The position numbers and the translations under genes were made by a program. From Patescibacteria group bacterium (lineage in GTDB: Bacteria; Patescibacteriota; Patescibacteriia; PEXW01), in the NCBI GenBank assembly GCA_041671325.1, contig JBAZBR010000001.1, forward strand, positions 89,771 through 153,770: 64,000 bases of DNA. Direction: 5' to 3'. Positions 18,398-30,589 of this stretch are shown piece by piece (the first letter of the stretch is position 1; every line of letters begins with the position of its first letter). Under the pieces are notes generated by a model that was given only the letters and a program-made list of their open reading frames with translations, ran no database searches and had not been told where the DNA came from.

Positions 18398-18500
18398 TTT
18401 TTATGTTAGGATTTAAGTAATAACCAAGCAATAAGTCGTTTGACTAAAGAAGGCTAAATGATAGGATTCAAATAAGTTTCTATAATTAATTAAAAATACT

Positions 18501-18755
18501 ATGAACAATCCAGAAGAAAGAAACATGTCTCAAGAAGAGGGAAAAGATAATGTAGTTGAATTACGGGATGAATTGGAAGCAAAATTTAAAAGTGGAGCTG
18601 GAGTAAAAGAATTACAACCGATTGTGGAAGCTATTGCGACTCAATGTGCTGACCACACTGTGTGGAAAGATGTTGATAGAAAAGCCTGGGAAAAAGAGTA
18701 CGATCAGGAATACGATCGTTTAGAAGAAACATATCTTCTTAATAACAATAATTAA
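18501..18755 (+). CDS. Small acidic hypothetical protein
   Basis: 84-aa Glu-rich ORF with upstream promoter-like boxes. Confidence 0.6.
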   Translation: MNNPEERNMSQEEGKDNVVELRDELEAKFKSGAGVKELQPIVEAIATQCADHTVWKDVDRKAWEKEYDQEYDRLEETYLLNNNN

Positions 18756-18863
18756 AAAGCTCGGAAGTATTTACTATAGACGGATAGGGTGAGGATGGTT
18801 GTGGTAAGTGGGTGTAGGTGTCCGCTATTGCCAGGAGTACGTTAATTACAATTGTCCACACTC

Positions 18864-18905
18864 TGTCATTGCGAACCCGAGCGAAGCGAGTGGTGAAGCA
18901 ATCTC
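18864..18905. repeat. Left half of the GTCATTGCGA palindromic element
   Basis: TGTCATTGCGA...GCAATCTC, as in 800-842. Confidence 0.65.
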
Positions 18906-18943
18906 ATGCGTAAGAAGTATTTACTAAAACTGTATTACATTGC

Positions 18944-19669
18944 ATGAAACGATTTTGGTTTATATTAATACCAATTATAATAGCCGGAGGGCTTTTTGTT
19001 GTGCTTGGTAAAAAAAGTTTAAACAACCAAGCAAATTTGAATCAGATTAATACAAATGCAAATTTAAATTCCAACCAAGTAGTCTTAAATGAAAATAGCA
19101 ATTTAAATCAACCAGTAACTAATCAATCAAGCGCTAATCAGAATCAAAATTTAAACACCAATTCCAGTCAAAGCGTTTTACTTCCGCCAATCTCCAACGC
19201 CTTATCCCGAATTACCAAAAAGCCATTTGGAATTTACATCACCCCGAAAACTTCGCCAGTTCAACCTGAAAGGTTTACGGGTTATCACACGGGTGTGGAT
19301 TTTGAAACCTTAGCCAGTGAAGCGAATATTGATGTGCCAATTTCTGCAGTGGTTAATGGCAAGGTTTTGGTCAAGCAATATGTTTCGGGTTATGGCGGGG
19401 TTTTGATTCAAAGTGCCACTATAAATAATCAAGCGGTAACAATTTTATATGGGCATTTAAAATTAGCCAGTATCAATTTAAAAGTCGGCCAACAAATTAA
19501 AGCCGGAGATAAAATTGGGGTTTTGGGTAAAGGTTATTCTTCCGAAACTGACGGCGAAAGAAAACATTTGCATTTGGGAATCCATATCGGCACTTCCATC
19601 AATTACAAAGGTTATGTCAGAATTAAAAGCCAGTTAAGTGGTTGGTTAGACGCGCAGAAATTGTTGTAG
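18944..19669 (+). CDS. M23 family metallopeptidase, membrane anchored, with N/Q-rich linker
   Basis: HTGVD, LYGHL and HLHLGI motifs. Confidence 0.9.
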   Translation: MKRFWFILIPIIIAGGLFVVLGKKSLNNQANLNQINTNANLNSNQVVLNENSNLNQPVTNQSSANQNQNLNTNSSQSVLLPPISNALSRITKKPFGIYITPKTSPVQPERFTGYHTGVDFETLASEANIDVPISAVVNGKVLVKQYVSGYGGVLIQSATINNQAVTILYGHLKLASINLKVGQQIKAGDKIGVLGKGYSSETDGERKHLHLGIHIGTSINYKGYVRIKSQLSGWLDAQKLL

Positions 19670-19761
19670 GTTTGACTTAAACAAAGCGAGTCATTATAAT
19701 AAATTTCGACGAATCACAAACATCCCTCCTGGAGGGGAGTTTGTGCCGTTTTATTTCCCTT

Positions 19762-21561
19762 ATGTCTCAACATACTTCAATTACATTACGCATATATTGG
19801 CAGCATGTTAAACGGTACCCCTTGACCGTGGTATTTGCATTGGCCGCGATCATCTTGGCGGCCATAGCAGGAGTCATCCAACCGCTTTTCTTCAAGAAGT
19901 TTTTCGATATTCTCTCGCAGGCCGGGCCAGACCGAGGCGGTATTGCCAGACAATTGCTTCAAGTCCTCATCACAATCGGGGCTTTGGAGTTATTTGGTTG
20001 GGCAATGTATCGCTTAGCAACTTTCACATCAATCGTGGTGCAGGGCAAGGTAATGTACGACCTAAGTACTATGTGTTTTGCCGCATTGCACCGGCACGCA
20101 GTAAGTTTTTTCGCTAACAATTTCGTGGGTTCGTTGGTGAAAAAAGTTAAGTGGTTTTCCCGCGCATTCGAGAAAGTATCAGATGACATCTTCTGGCGCA
20201 TCATTCCAATGATCACCAGCCTAATCGCCATTTGTGTAGTTTTATTCCAGCGTAACACCACCCTCGGACTGGTTATTTTTGTTTGGTTGGCTATTTTCCT
20301 GAGCGCTCAAGCTTTTTTTATTCGGTACAAACTTAAATACGATCTGGCGCGTTCCACGGCTGAGACAAAGTCCACGGCTGTCCTGGCAGATACTATTACG
20401 AATTACAGCACCATAACGCTCTTCGGCGGTTTCCTGCGCGAGGTGCGGCGTTTCAGCCGCGCCATGGGCGCGCAGCGCCGGCTGTACATGCTGAGTTGGA
20501 ATATTAGCGGTATTTTTGATGCTATCCAAAGCTTCCTTATGTTGTCATTGGAAATTGGCGGATTCGTACTTATTATCCACCTGTGGAAGCAAGGCATTTT
20601 GACGCTCGGCGACTTCGTACTTTTCCAGTCATACATATTGGTTCTCTTCAACCGGTTGTGGGATTTCGGCCGCGTGGCGCGGAATATTTACGAGAGTTTG
20701 GCAGACGCCGATGAGATGACGGTGGTTTTACAGACACCGCTGGAAGTTACAGACGTGCGTTCGGCCAAACCATTAGTGGTTTCAAAGGGTATAATTCATT
20801 TTGATAAGGTTGATTTTAATTATCAGCAAACCCGACGCATACTGCACCGATTTAGTTTGGAAATTGCACCCTGCGAACATATCGCGCTGGTCGGTTCGTC
20901 TGGGGCGGGGAAGTCTACAGTGGTGCAGGTACTGCTCCGACTGCAAGATCTCTCGGGCGGGCACATAAAAATTGACGATCAAGATATTTCTAAAGTTACG
21001 CAGGAAAGCTTACGTCGAAGCATTAGCGTAGTACCGCAGGATGTTGTGCTTTTCCACCGCTCGCTCATGGAAAATATCCGGTACGGCAAGTCAGATGCTT
21101 CAGATGCAGAAGTAATTGAAGCGGCTAAAGCGGCACATTGCCATGAGTTCATCCAGACGTTCACTGATCAATATAATACTTATGTGGGTGAACGCGGAGT
21201 TAAACTTTCGGGCGGAGAGCGCCAGCGCGTGGCTATTGCCCGTGCTATGTTGGCGAACTCGCCAATCCTCGTGCTGGATGAAGCAACCTCAAGCCTAGAT
21301 TCGGAATCCGAGCATCTGGTGCAGGCGGCTCTCGCCAAGCTCATGGCTGGGAAGACTGTACTGGCAATCGCGCATCGGCTTTCTACTATTCGCGCCATGG
21401 ATCGGATAGTGGTTATGGATGCTGGTCGAATAATTGAAACTGGTACGCATGACGAATTGCTCGTTAAGCATCCAGGCGTTTATAGTAAGCTGTGGAACCT
21501 TCAAGTTACTGGTACTGGCGTGCTACCCAAGTTGGTTGAAGTTGGAGAAGAAGATTTGTAA
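19762..21561 (+). CDS. ABC exporter, fused permease-ATPase (MsbA/MdlA-like)
   Basis: N-terminal TM domain; GSSGAGKST, LSGGERQRVAIAR and VLDEATSSLD. Confidence 0.92.
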   Translation: MSQHTSITLRIYWQHVKRYPLTVVFALAAIILAAIAGVIQPLFFKKFFDILSQAGPDRGGIARQLLQVLITIGALELFGWAMYRLATFTSIVVQGKVMYDLSTMCFAALHRHAVSFFANNFVGSLVKKVKWFSRAFEKVSDDIFWRIIPMITSLIAICVVLFQRNTTLGLVIFVWLAIFLSAQAFFIRYKLKYDLARSTAETKSTAVLADTITNYSTITLFGGFLREVRRFSRAMGAQRRLYMLSWNISGIFDAIQSFLMLSLEIGGFVLIIHLWKQGILTLGDFVLFQSYILVLFNRLWDFGRVARNIYESLADADEMTVVLQTPLEVTDVRSAKPLVVSKGIIHFDKVDFNYQQTRRILHRFSLEIAPCEHIALVGSSGAGKSTVVQVLLRLQDLSGGHIKIDDQDISKVTQESLRRSISVVPQDVVLFHRSLMENIRYGKSDASDAEVIEAAKAAHCHEFIQTFTDQYNTYVGERGVKLSGGERQRVAIARAMLANSPILVLDEATSSLDSESEHLVQAALAKLMAGKTVLAIAHRLSTIRAMDRIVVMDAGRIIETGTHDELLVKHPGVYSKLWNLQVTGTGVLPKLVEVGEEDL

Positions 21562-21628
21562 GGTTAGTTCAAAATGACAAACCAACCCTTCCATGCTATT
21601 TTAAGGCTGAAAGGAGGAATTTGGCCTT

Positions 21629-21925
21629 ATGGGTTTTACCCCGATAAAATATACCTTAAATCGGAATATCCAATCCTCGGGCCTGCAAAACCAAGTTGAT
21701 GGCGCACGCGTCATCGATATTTTTTCGCAGATAATCAAGGAAATTTTTGGGCCAGAATTCAATGAAAAAACCAAGGCTTTGTACTTAAAAAACCGGACCC
21801 TGACTATTTCAGTTACCTCGTCGGTAATTGGGCAGGAAATTAAATTGCGAGAGGCAAAGATAGTTGAAGCTATAAATCAAAAAATTGAGGTAAATTTGGT
21901 TGAAAGATTGAGGTTTTTAGTATAA
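21629..21925 (+). CDS. DciA/DUF721 family protein
   Basis: 98 aa; LKNRTLTISVTSSVIGQEIKL...INQK pattern typical of the family; AAAGGAGG SD. Confidence 0.7.
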   Translation: MGFTPIKYTLNRNIQSSGLQNQVDGARVIDIFSQIIKEIFGPEFNEKTKALYLKNRTLTISVTSSVIGQEIKLREAKIVEAINQKIEVNLVERLRFLV

Positions 21926-22027
21926 AGATTTGGAGGGAAAACCCTAGTTTTTTTGCGAAAAAATCACTAGCAAAAACGCTATAAATATGTTATATTTATA
22001 AGGCAAACAGAGCCTTATTTTTTATTA

Positions 22028-22205
22028 TCCGCCTTCGCACTAACTTTAAATTTTTCAAGTTATAAAGAAGTATTATTTTAAGACCTACTTCAATATATAC
22101 AGACTACAAGAGCTTCGGCGGATTGCGCTATAGTTTTTTGGCGGATAAACCCTCCGAAGCTTTCCTGCCGACTGGAGCTTCAGCGAAGGTCGGAGCAAAG
22201 GAGGG
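22028..22205. repeat. Nested CCGCCTTCGC...AGCTTCGGCGG / CCCTCCGAAGC...GGAGGG palindromic elements
   Basis: TCCGCCTTCGC (22028) with AGCTTCGGCGGA (22111); CCCTCC/GGAGGG enclosing CCGAC/GTCGG; related remnant near 2579-2604. Confidence 0.65.
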
Positions 22206-22234
22206 TAGTAGAAATAAATTTTTTTCATTATCTT

Positions 22235-22630
22235 ATGAGCTTAAAAAGTTATTTAATTATTTTCACCATTGCCACCCTGATTTTTTGGGCAGCTTGGGCA
22301 ATTGTTTTCACGCAATTGAATCCTGACAGCAACCAAATCGTGACGGTCACCGCTTTTGCCGTAACTTTAGGTTTTGCCGCAGCCGGCACCTTTTCCTTGT
22401 TCGGTTTTGCAGTCAGGGCGCTATTCGGCAAAGATCCGGTCTTATTCCGGGTCTTGCGGACTTCAACCCGCCAAGGTGTGGTAACCGCAATTTTTTTGGA
22501 AGCACTTTTGGTTTTGCAAACCGTACGCTGGTTAGCTTGGTGGAATGTTATTCCTCTAGCCCTATTTTTCATTCTCATGGAAGGTTTTTTCTTAGCCCAA
22601 GATAGCACCGTGGAAAGGCAAACTCGATGA
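22235..22630 (+). CDS. Membrane protein (4 TM)
   Basis: Hydrophobic 131-aa ORF with STRQG motif; overlaps the pheS start. Confidence 0.75.
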   Translation: MSLKSYLIIFTIATLIFWAAWAIVFTQLNPDSNQIVTVTAFAVTLGFAAAGTFSLFGFAVRALFGKDPVLFRVLRTSTRQGVVTAIFLEALLVLQTVRWLAWWNVIPLALFFILMEGFFLAQDSTVERQTR

Positions 22631-23643
22631 AGCAAGAGATTGAAAAATTATTTCAGGAAACTCTAAATAAAATCCAAACCCTTAAGAGTCTGGAAGATTT
22701 ACAAAACTTATATTATGGCGTTTTAGGCAGGAAAGGGAAGTTTGCCCAATTACTTTCTGAATTACCAAATTTACCAGCGAATGAAAGAGCGGGCCTTGGC
22801 ACCATAGCCAATCAAACCCGGAGTAAGCTGCAACAAGCTTTTGATCAGGCCAAAGTAAGATTTCAGAATCAAACCAGTAGTTCAACGGATTTTGACCCGA
22901 CTTGGCCGGGTATTTTACCAAACATCGGGCATGTCCATCCGATCTCGGCTTTTTTAGAAAATGCGGTAAAGTTTTTTTCCAGCTTTGGCTATGACGTAGT
23001 TGAAGGGCCGGATGTTGAATACAGTCAGTATAATTTTGATTTATTGAATATCCCTGCGAACCATCCCAGCCGGGACCTTTGGGATACCTATTATATCCAG
23101 CCCCAAAGTTCACAGATTCTCTTGCGCACCCATACTTCGCCAGTCCAGATCCGCTATATGGAAACCCACAAACCACCGGTGCATATAATTGTGCCTGGCC
23201 GCGTGTATCGGCATGAAGCCACGGATGCTGGGCACGAAACCACCTTTACCCAGATTGAAGCATTGGTCATTGATAAGAATATCCATCTCACGGATTTGAT
23301 CGGCACCCTGGATGCCTTTTTGCAGCATGTTTTTGGCAAGGTCAAAACCCGGGTACGGCCGCATTATTATCCTTTCGTGGAACCGGGTCTGGACATCGAC
23401 ATGTCCTGCTTGCTTTGCGGCGGCAACGGCTGCCCAGTCTGCAAGCATTCCGGCTGGCTGGAAATGCTGGGTGCAGGCATGGTGCATCCCAAAGTTTTAA
23501 AAAACATGAAAGCCGACCCGGACAAATATTCCGGTTTTGCTTTTGGCATTGGCGTGGAAAGAATGGTCATGCTACTTTATGGCATCCATGATATCCGCTT
23601 GTTCCTTTCGGGCGATTTAAGATTTTTAGAACAATTTAATTAA
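22627..23643 (+). CDS. pheS: Phenylalanyl-tRNA synthetase alpha subunit
   Basis: HPSRDLWDT, LLRTHTSPVQ, YPFVEPG and GFAFGIGVER motifs. Confidence 0.97.
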   Translation: MKQEIEKLFQETLNKIQTLKSLEDLQNLYYGVLGRKGKFAQLLSELPNLPANERAGLGTIANQTRSKLQQAFDQAKVRFQNQTSSSTDFDPTWPGILPNIGHVHPISAFLENAVKFFSSFGYDVVEGPDVEYSQYNFDLLNIPANHPSRDLWDTYYIQPQSSQILLRTHTSPVQIRYMETHKPPVHIIVPGRVYRHEATDAGHETTFTQIEALVIDKNIHLTDLIGTLDAFLQHVFGKVKTRVRPHYYPFVEPGLDIDMSCLLCGGNGCPVCKHSGWLEMLGAGMVHPKVLKNMKADPDKYSGFAFGIGVERMVMLLYGIHDIRLFLSGDLRFLEQFN

Positions 23644-23662
23644 TTATTAATTAAAAAAACAT

Positions 23663-24103
23663 ATGGAAGAAAAAACTTTAGAAGAAGTTGAGCGAGATAT
23701 TCAAGATATTGAGGATAAGGAGTTGGATATCAAGCCAGAGCCGGAAGATTTAGTATTGGAAAAGGAAATGGAATTAACTGGAAAAGAAGAAGAATTTTTA
23801 GCTAAATTGAGACATGAAATAAGAACCTGGAAAGCTAGTGTTTCTGAATATGTCTATAACACTCAAGGTTATATCAGAGGGATTCAAGAGGAGGATGATT
23901 TTTCCCAAGAAGATATCGAATTATTTCATGCCTTTTTATTAGTTAAAGACAGATCGTCATATTATTTTCGAACAAACTTTGAAAAAAAATTAAATAAACA
24001 TTTAACAAAATTTGATGGCAAACCCGAATCAGCATCTTATCAATTAGCAAGAATATTGGAATCCCTGAATCCAACCGTGGCTGAATCAGCTATGGCAGCC
24101 TAA
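23663..24103 (+). CDS. Acidic hypothetical protein between pheS and pheT
   Basis: 146-aa AT-rich, Glu-rich ORF filling the gap. Confidence 0.7.
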   Translation: MEEKTLEEVERDIQDIEDKELDIKPEPEDLVLEKEMELTGKEEEFLAKLRHEIRTWKASVSEYVYNTQGYIRGIQEEDDFSQEDIELFHAFLLVKDRSSYYFRTNFEKKLNKHLTKFDGKPESASYQLARILESLNPTVAESAMAA

Positions 24104-24111
24104 AATAAATT

Positions 24112-26436
24112 ATGCGAATACCTCTAAACTGGCTAAAAGAATTTGTCGCTCTTAGGTTAAGTCCGCAAAAACTTAGCCAGGTTTTGACTTTGTCCGGTTC
24201 AGAGGTTGAAAAAATTGAAACTGGGCCAGAAGTGACTGGGGTAATCGTGGGTGAAGTTTTGGAAGCCAACAAGCATCCCAATGCTGACCGTTTAAAGGTT
24301 TGCAAAGTCAGATTAGAACCCAAAGGAGAACCCAGGATAATTGTCTGTGGGGCGCCGAACGTGGCAGCTGGGCAAAAGGTCTGCGTAGCCATGCCTGGCA
24401 CGGTTTTGGCTAATGGCCGGGAACTGCAAAAAGCCAATATCCGCGGGGTGGAATCTGATGGCATGATATGCGCCCAGGATGAGTTGGGTATTGGTACTGA
24501 CCACAGCGGCATAATTGTTTTGGATAAATCGGCTGAAATTGGTGAACCGGCCAGCAAATGGCTAGCCAAACCCGAAACGGTTTTGGAATTGGATATCACG
24601 CCGAACCGGGGTGATTGCTTATCAATCCGGGGTTTGGCCAGGGAAGTGGCTGCCTTGACTGGCGGTAAGCTAAAATCACTTAAAGGTTTATTAAAAGAAT
24701 CATCAGAAAAAAATCAGTTAAAAGTAAAAATTCAGGACACTAAGGCTTGTCCACAATATGTAGCTAGAACTGTAAAAGGCATTAAATTAACAAACTCGCC
24801 AGATTATGTCCAAGCACGGCTGTTAGCGTGCGGCATGCGTCCGATTAATGCCGTAGTTGATGCCACGAATTACGTCATGCTGGAACTTGGCCAGCCCTTA
24901 CATGCTTTTGATGCAGATAAGGTTAAACAAATTGTGGTCAGGAAGGCGAAGGCTAATGAAAAAATCAAAACTTTAGATGGCCAAAACCGAAATTTACAGA
25001 TCAATGACATTTTAATTACTGACGGCAAAAATCCTATTGCCATTGCCGGCGTGATGGGCGGGTCTGAAACTGAAGTCAGCCAGACAACGGAAAATATCAT
25101 AATCGAATCAGCCAGGTTTGATCCCACAAGCATTCGGTTAACCGCCAATCGTTTGACCTTGCGATCAGAAGCCAGCACGCGCTTTGAAAAGGGGATTGAC
25201 CCGAATGTTGCAATTGAAGCTGTGGATCGAGTGGCGGATTTAATCGTTCAATGGACTGGCGGTAAAATTTTAAAAGGCCAGGTTATAGCCGGACAAAAAT
25301 CAATTTTCAAACCCAAGCCAATTTTGTTGGACTTGGAATATGCGGAAAAAATCTTGGGTGTTAAAGTCAGTCCCAGCTTGGCCAAACAAAAACTTACAGC
25401 TTTGCAGTGCAAGGTTTTGGTTACTGGTAAAAAATTTAAAGTCAGCCCGCCAAGCTTTAGACTCGATTTATCAACACCAATTGATTTAGTAGAAGAAATC
25501 GGGCGATTAATGGATTACAATACTTTTACGCCCAGCCTGCCTTTAACCCCGCAAAAAATCCGGCAGCAACCCAGTAACTTAGTCTTCTCCACGCTAGTAA
25601 GGCGCCGCTTGGTGATAGGCGGATTTACCGAAGTTTCAACTTATAGTTTTTACAGTAAAAAAACCGCCAGTAATTTTGATTTAGCTGACCAAACGCACGT
25701 GGCCTTGGCCAACCCCTTAAACCCAGACCAGGAATTAATGCGCCGCTCGATTATGCCCCAAATTTTGGAAATTGCCGGCCGAGCAAGCATCACTCGGGAT
25801 AATTTGAAAATTTTTGAAATCGGCAAGGTTTTTTGGCCCCAAGACCAAAACAAGAAACTGCCGGATGAACCAGTTATGTTGGGCATGGTTTGTGTGCAAA
25901 AAAATCCTGAACCTTATTTGGTGATCAAGGGCGCTCTGGAGGATTTATTTACCTATTTTGGCTTTAAGGATATTAGGATCCATGCTTCTACCTCCACTTC
26001 AGCCAGGATTGTGGTTGGCAATGAACCAATTGGCATAATCGGACAGGTAGCCAGGAAATACCTGGAATTGGTAAAAATCAAGAAGCCCGCAGCCTTTTGC
26101 GAAATTGACTTAAGCCAATTAGCCAAAGCCTTAAGGGTTATTAAACGGGCCAAATCTTTACCCTTGTATCCAGCCGTGCAAAGGGATTTGGCTTTTGCCT
26201 TGCCAAAATCTGTTGCCTATGTTGAACTGGTTAGGATTATTAGAAATATTGATCCGCTTATTTTGTCAGTCCGGGGCTTTGACCGCTTTAAAATGCCGGA
26301 TGGCCGCTTAAGCGTGGCCTTCCAAATCACTTTCCAGTCGCCAGGCAAAACCTTGACTCACGAAGAAGTCCAAAAGATTGTTGAAAAGATAGCCCAGGAA
26401 GCCAAAAAAACTTTTGGCGCAGAATTAAGAAATTAA
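24112..26436 (+). CDS. pheT: Phenylalanyl-tRNA synthetase beta subunit
   Basis: HPNADRL, IVCGAPNV, ITPNRGDCLS, GQPLHAFD, RFEKG and C-terminal YPAVQRDLA. Confidence 0.97.
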   Translation: MRIPLNWLKEFVALRLSPQKLSQVLTLSGSEVEKIETGPEVTGVIVGEVLEANKHPNADRLKVCKVRLEPKGEPRIIVCGAPNVAAGQKVCVAMPGTVLANGRELQKANIRGVESDGMICAQDELGIGTDHSGIIVLDKSAEIGEPASKWLAKPETVLELDITPNRGDCLSIRGLAREVAALTGGKLKSLKGLLKESSEKNQLKVKIQDTKACPQYVARTVKGIKLTNSPDYVQARLLACGMRPINAVVDATNYVMLELGQPLHAFDADKVKQIVVRKAKANEKIKTLDGQNRNLQINDILITDGKNPIAIAGVMGGSETEVSQTTENIIIESARFDPTSIRLTANRLTLRSEASTRFEKGIDPNVAIEAVDRVADLIVQWTGGKILKGQVIAGQKSIFKPKPILLDLEYAEKILGVKVSPSLAKQKLTALQCKVLVTGKKFKVSPPSFRLDLSTPIDLVEEIGRLMDYNTFTPSLPLTPQKIRQQPSNLVFSTLVRRRLVIGGFTEVSTYSFYSKKTASNFDLADQTHVALANPLNPDQELMRRSIMPQILEIAGRASITRDNLKIFEIGKVFWPQDQNKKLPDEPVMLGMVCVQKNPEPYLVIKGALEDLFTYFGFKDIRIHASTSTSARIVVGNEPIGIIGQVARKYLELVKIKKPAAFCEIDLSQLAKALRVIKRAKSLPLYPAVQRDLAFALPKSVAYVELVRIIRNIDPLILSVRGFDRFKMPDGRLSVAFQITFQSPGKTLTHEEVQKIVEKIAQEAKKTFGAELRN

Positions 26437-26481
26437 TTTAATAAACCCCAAAAATTTAAAATAATATTGATAATTAACTAA

Positions 26482-26620
26482 CCCCTCACCCGGCCTTCGG
26501 CCACCCTCTCCCGCATTGGGGAGAGGGGAATGCTCAACACGCCCTCTCCTCTGGCAGGAGAGGGTCCGCGCCCGCCTGCCTTCGCAGGCGAAGTACGGTG
26601 GGCAGGAAGCGGGTGAGAGG
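26482..26620. repeat. CCCTCACCC...GGGTGAG cruciform element with a nested CCCGCCTGCC...GGGCAGG element
   Basis: Two CCCTCTCC/GGAGAGGG hairpins enclosed by CTCACCCG/CGGGTGAG; second palindrome at 26571-26606. Confidence 0.75.
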
Positions 26621-26710
26621 AGGCGCTAAGGCAAAAATTCGAGGTAGAATTTTGTTCTTAAGTCTATGAATTACGAATTAATAGCATTTAATTACTTAAA
26701 TTAAAGTTGA

Positions 26711-28753
<2,043 letters not shown>

Positions 28754-28892
28754 AATTATTTTATCCCGAGCTAAGCTCCCGAATCTTATTGAATAAGTGT
28801 AGCTGAGACGGGCAGAAGGGTGGGGAAAGTGGTATAAATATTAAAATAATACTAAGATCATTTTTCACTCTTCTTTAAATCTAAATTTTTCA

Positions 28893-29657
28893 GTGTCTCC
28901 ATTTGATAGTTTGATTATCAATTTACAAGGTAAAGTCTGGCATCCTGTTGGTGGATCAAAATCTGTAAACGTGATAGACGGTAAAATTTTTATAATTCAG
29001 CAACTTAGATTATTGAGATCCGCCTATATTTCATTAGTGGAAGTCGCAGACGAGGTAAAGAAACGTCAAGAAAGAATGAAAGGTACTACAGAAGTACCAT
29101 TTGTTATCGCAGCTCTTGATCACGCTGCCGATCAATCTAATGTGATATTAAGTTTTAACAGTTTTGTGAGTGTGTTATATCAATTAAATCGCGTCCTGCC
29201 CATACATTTTCCTGGCTGTGGAGATATACCTAATTATCCGAGGATACGTTTTTATCGTAATAAAGCAGTTGAACATTGGGATGAGTATGTTGCTAGTGTA
29301 CCCGGTACAGGTTTCACATTTAAATTTGGAAAAGCAGCAATACCAGTAATTGAAGGCGACTTTGAATATCCCAAAAGGCAAATACTTCTTCAGGAAGTTA
29401 AAGCTAAGTTCAAAGTTATAGGTGGCAATTTCGTTTGGGTTGATGAGGCATACAATATGCTTGGCTGCGATAAGGCGTATTGCGATGCAGTATTCAAAGC
29501 ACTTGAGGGATCAGGGAAAATGAGTTTACATAAAGGTAAAAATTCCGATTTTGATTCACTTATCTCACTATTGTTGAGATTCGGATTTCCAGCGCCTTTT
29601 AATGACGTCGAAGAATATTGCGACTTGTTGGTAGCACATATTAGTAGGTTTGTTTGA
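28893..29657 (+). CDS. Hypothetical protein with HEPN-like Rx5H motif
   Basis: 254-aa AT-rich ORF; FYRNKAVEHWDE. Confidence 0.6.
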   Translation: MSPFDSLIINLQGKVWHPVGGSKSVNVIDGKIFIIQQLRLLRSAYISLVEVADEVKKRQERMKGTTEVPFVIAALDHAADQSNVILSFNSFVSVLYQLNRVLPIHFPGCGDIPNYPRIRFYRNKAVEHWDEYVASVPGTGFTFKFGKAAIPVIEGDFEYPKRQILLQEVKAKFKVIGGNFVWVDEAYNMLGCDKAYCDAVFKALEGSGKMSLHKGKNSDFDSLISLLLRFGFPAPFNDVEEYCDLLVAHISRFV

Positions 29658-29868
29658 GTGAAATTAATATATAACACTTTCACGGTTGGCTGCTAATTTT
29701 CAGCACGATCCTATTATCATCTCTTAATGACACTCAAAAACAGGCGGTTACATATGCGTCCGGCCTGCTTTTAATCGACATTCGTGAGGGGTTTAGGATG
29801 ATAGGTAAAAAATAATTTTAAGTATATAAAAAATCTCGCTACTTGGCGGGATTTTAGTTAATAAATTT

Positions 29869-30198
29869 TTATCTTGCAAACGGTTCTAATCGTTCAACTC
29901 TTCGAACATCAGAATCATCAATGACATTTTTATCGTGGAGAATGCCAACCAAAGCATGGAGTTTGGTATCTTCTTTTCGCGTGAGCACCACCAAGTCTCC
30001 GCGGAGGTCAGATAATTTGTCATCCAAGTAATCCTTTGTGACAAAGTGCATAAGCCTCTGGTCAAGATAGTCTTTGGTAACTAAGGTAGCCATTTTAGTT
30101 TGGATATCTTGCAACTGTCTGTCAACCGATGTCGAATAAACATGAATTGCCTCCATGATTTCAGAGTTGTTTGGTTGTTGAGAGGTTTTTGAGGTCAT
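29869..30198 (-). CDS. Coiled-coil protein with duplicated VTKDYLD motif
   Basis: LVTKDYLDQRL...FVTKDYLDDKL. Confidence 0.75.
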   Translation of the reverse strand: MTSKTSQQPNNSEIMEAIHVYSTSVDRQLQDIQTKMATLVTKDYLDQRLMHFVTKDYLDDKLSDLRGDLVVLTRKEDTKLHALVGILHDKNVIDDSDVRRVERLEPFAR

Positions 30199-30389
30199 AA
30201 ATTTAAGATGGGTTAGCCATCCTCAAGTCCAGATTACCAGCATAGCGCGACTTTTACCTTATGACAAATAGATTTAAATGTGGCTATTTTTCGTTTGGTT
30301 GACAACCTTAAGTATAGGTGTTAAATTATCCACATCACGCCCGAGCGGGCGGTTTTTAAGAATCACAATTCTCCTAAAATTCAGTAAAA

Positions 30390-30578
30390 ATGGCTAATTG
30401 GCTGACGAAATATTTCAAAGAATCCTACGAAGAACTCAAAAAAGTGTCTTGGCCCACCCGCAAGGACACTGTTCGGGACACCCTGGTAGTTATTGGCGTT
30501 TCCTTGGCTGTGGCCGCTTTTTTAGGCCTTTTAGACTTAGGCCTAACCTTTGGCTTAGAGAAATTATTTGCTAGATAA
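30390..30578 (+). CDS. secE: Preprotein translocase SecE
   Basis: ELKKVSWPT motif; directly upstream of nusG. Confidence 0.95.
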   Translation: MANWLTKYFKESYEELKKVSWPTRKDTVRDTLVVIGVSLAVAAFLGLLDLGLTFGLEKLFAR

Positions 30579-30589
30579 CCCGTTAATAT

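Noticed and set aside
22123-22326. 67-aa ORF upstream of the membrane gene
   Set aside because: Translates through palindromic repeats and overlaps a better ORF.
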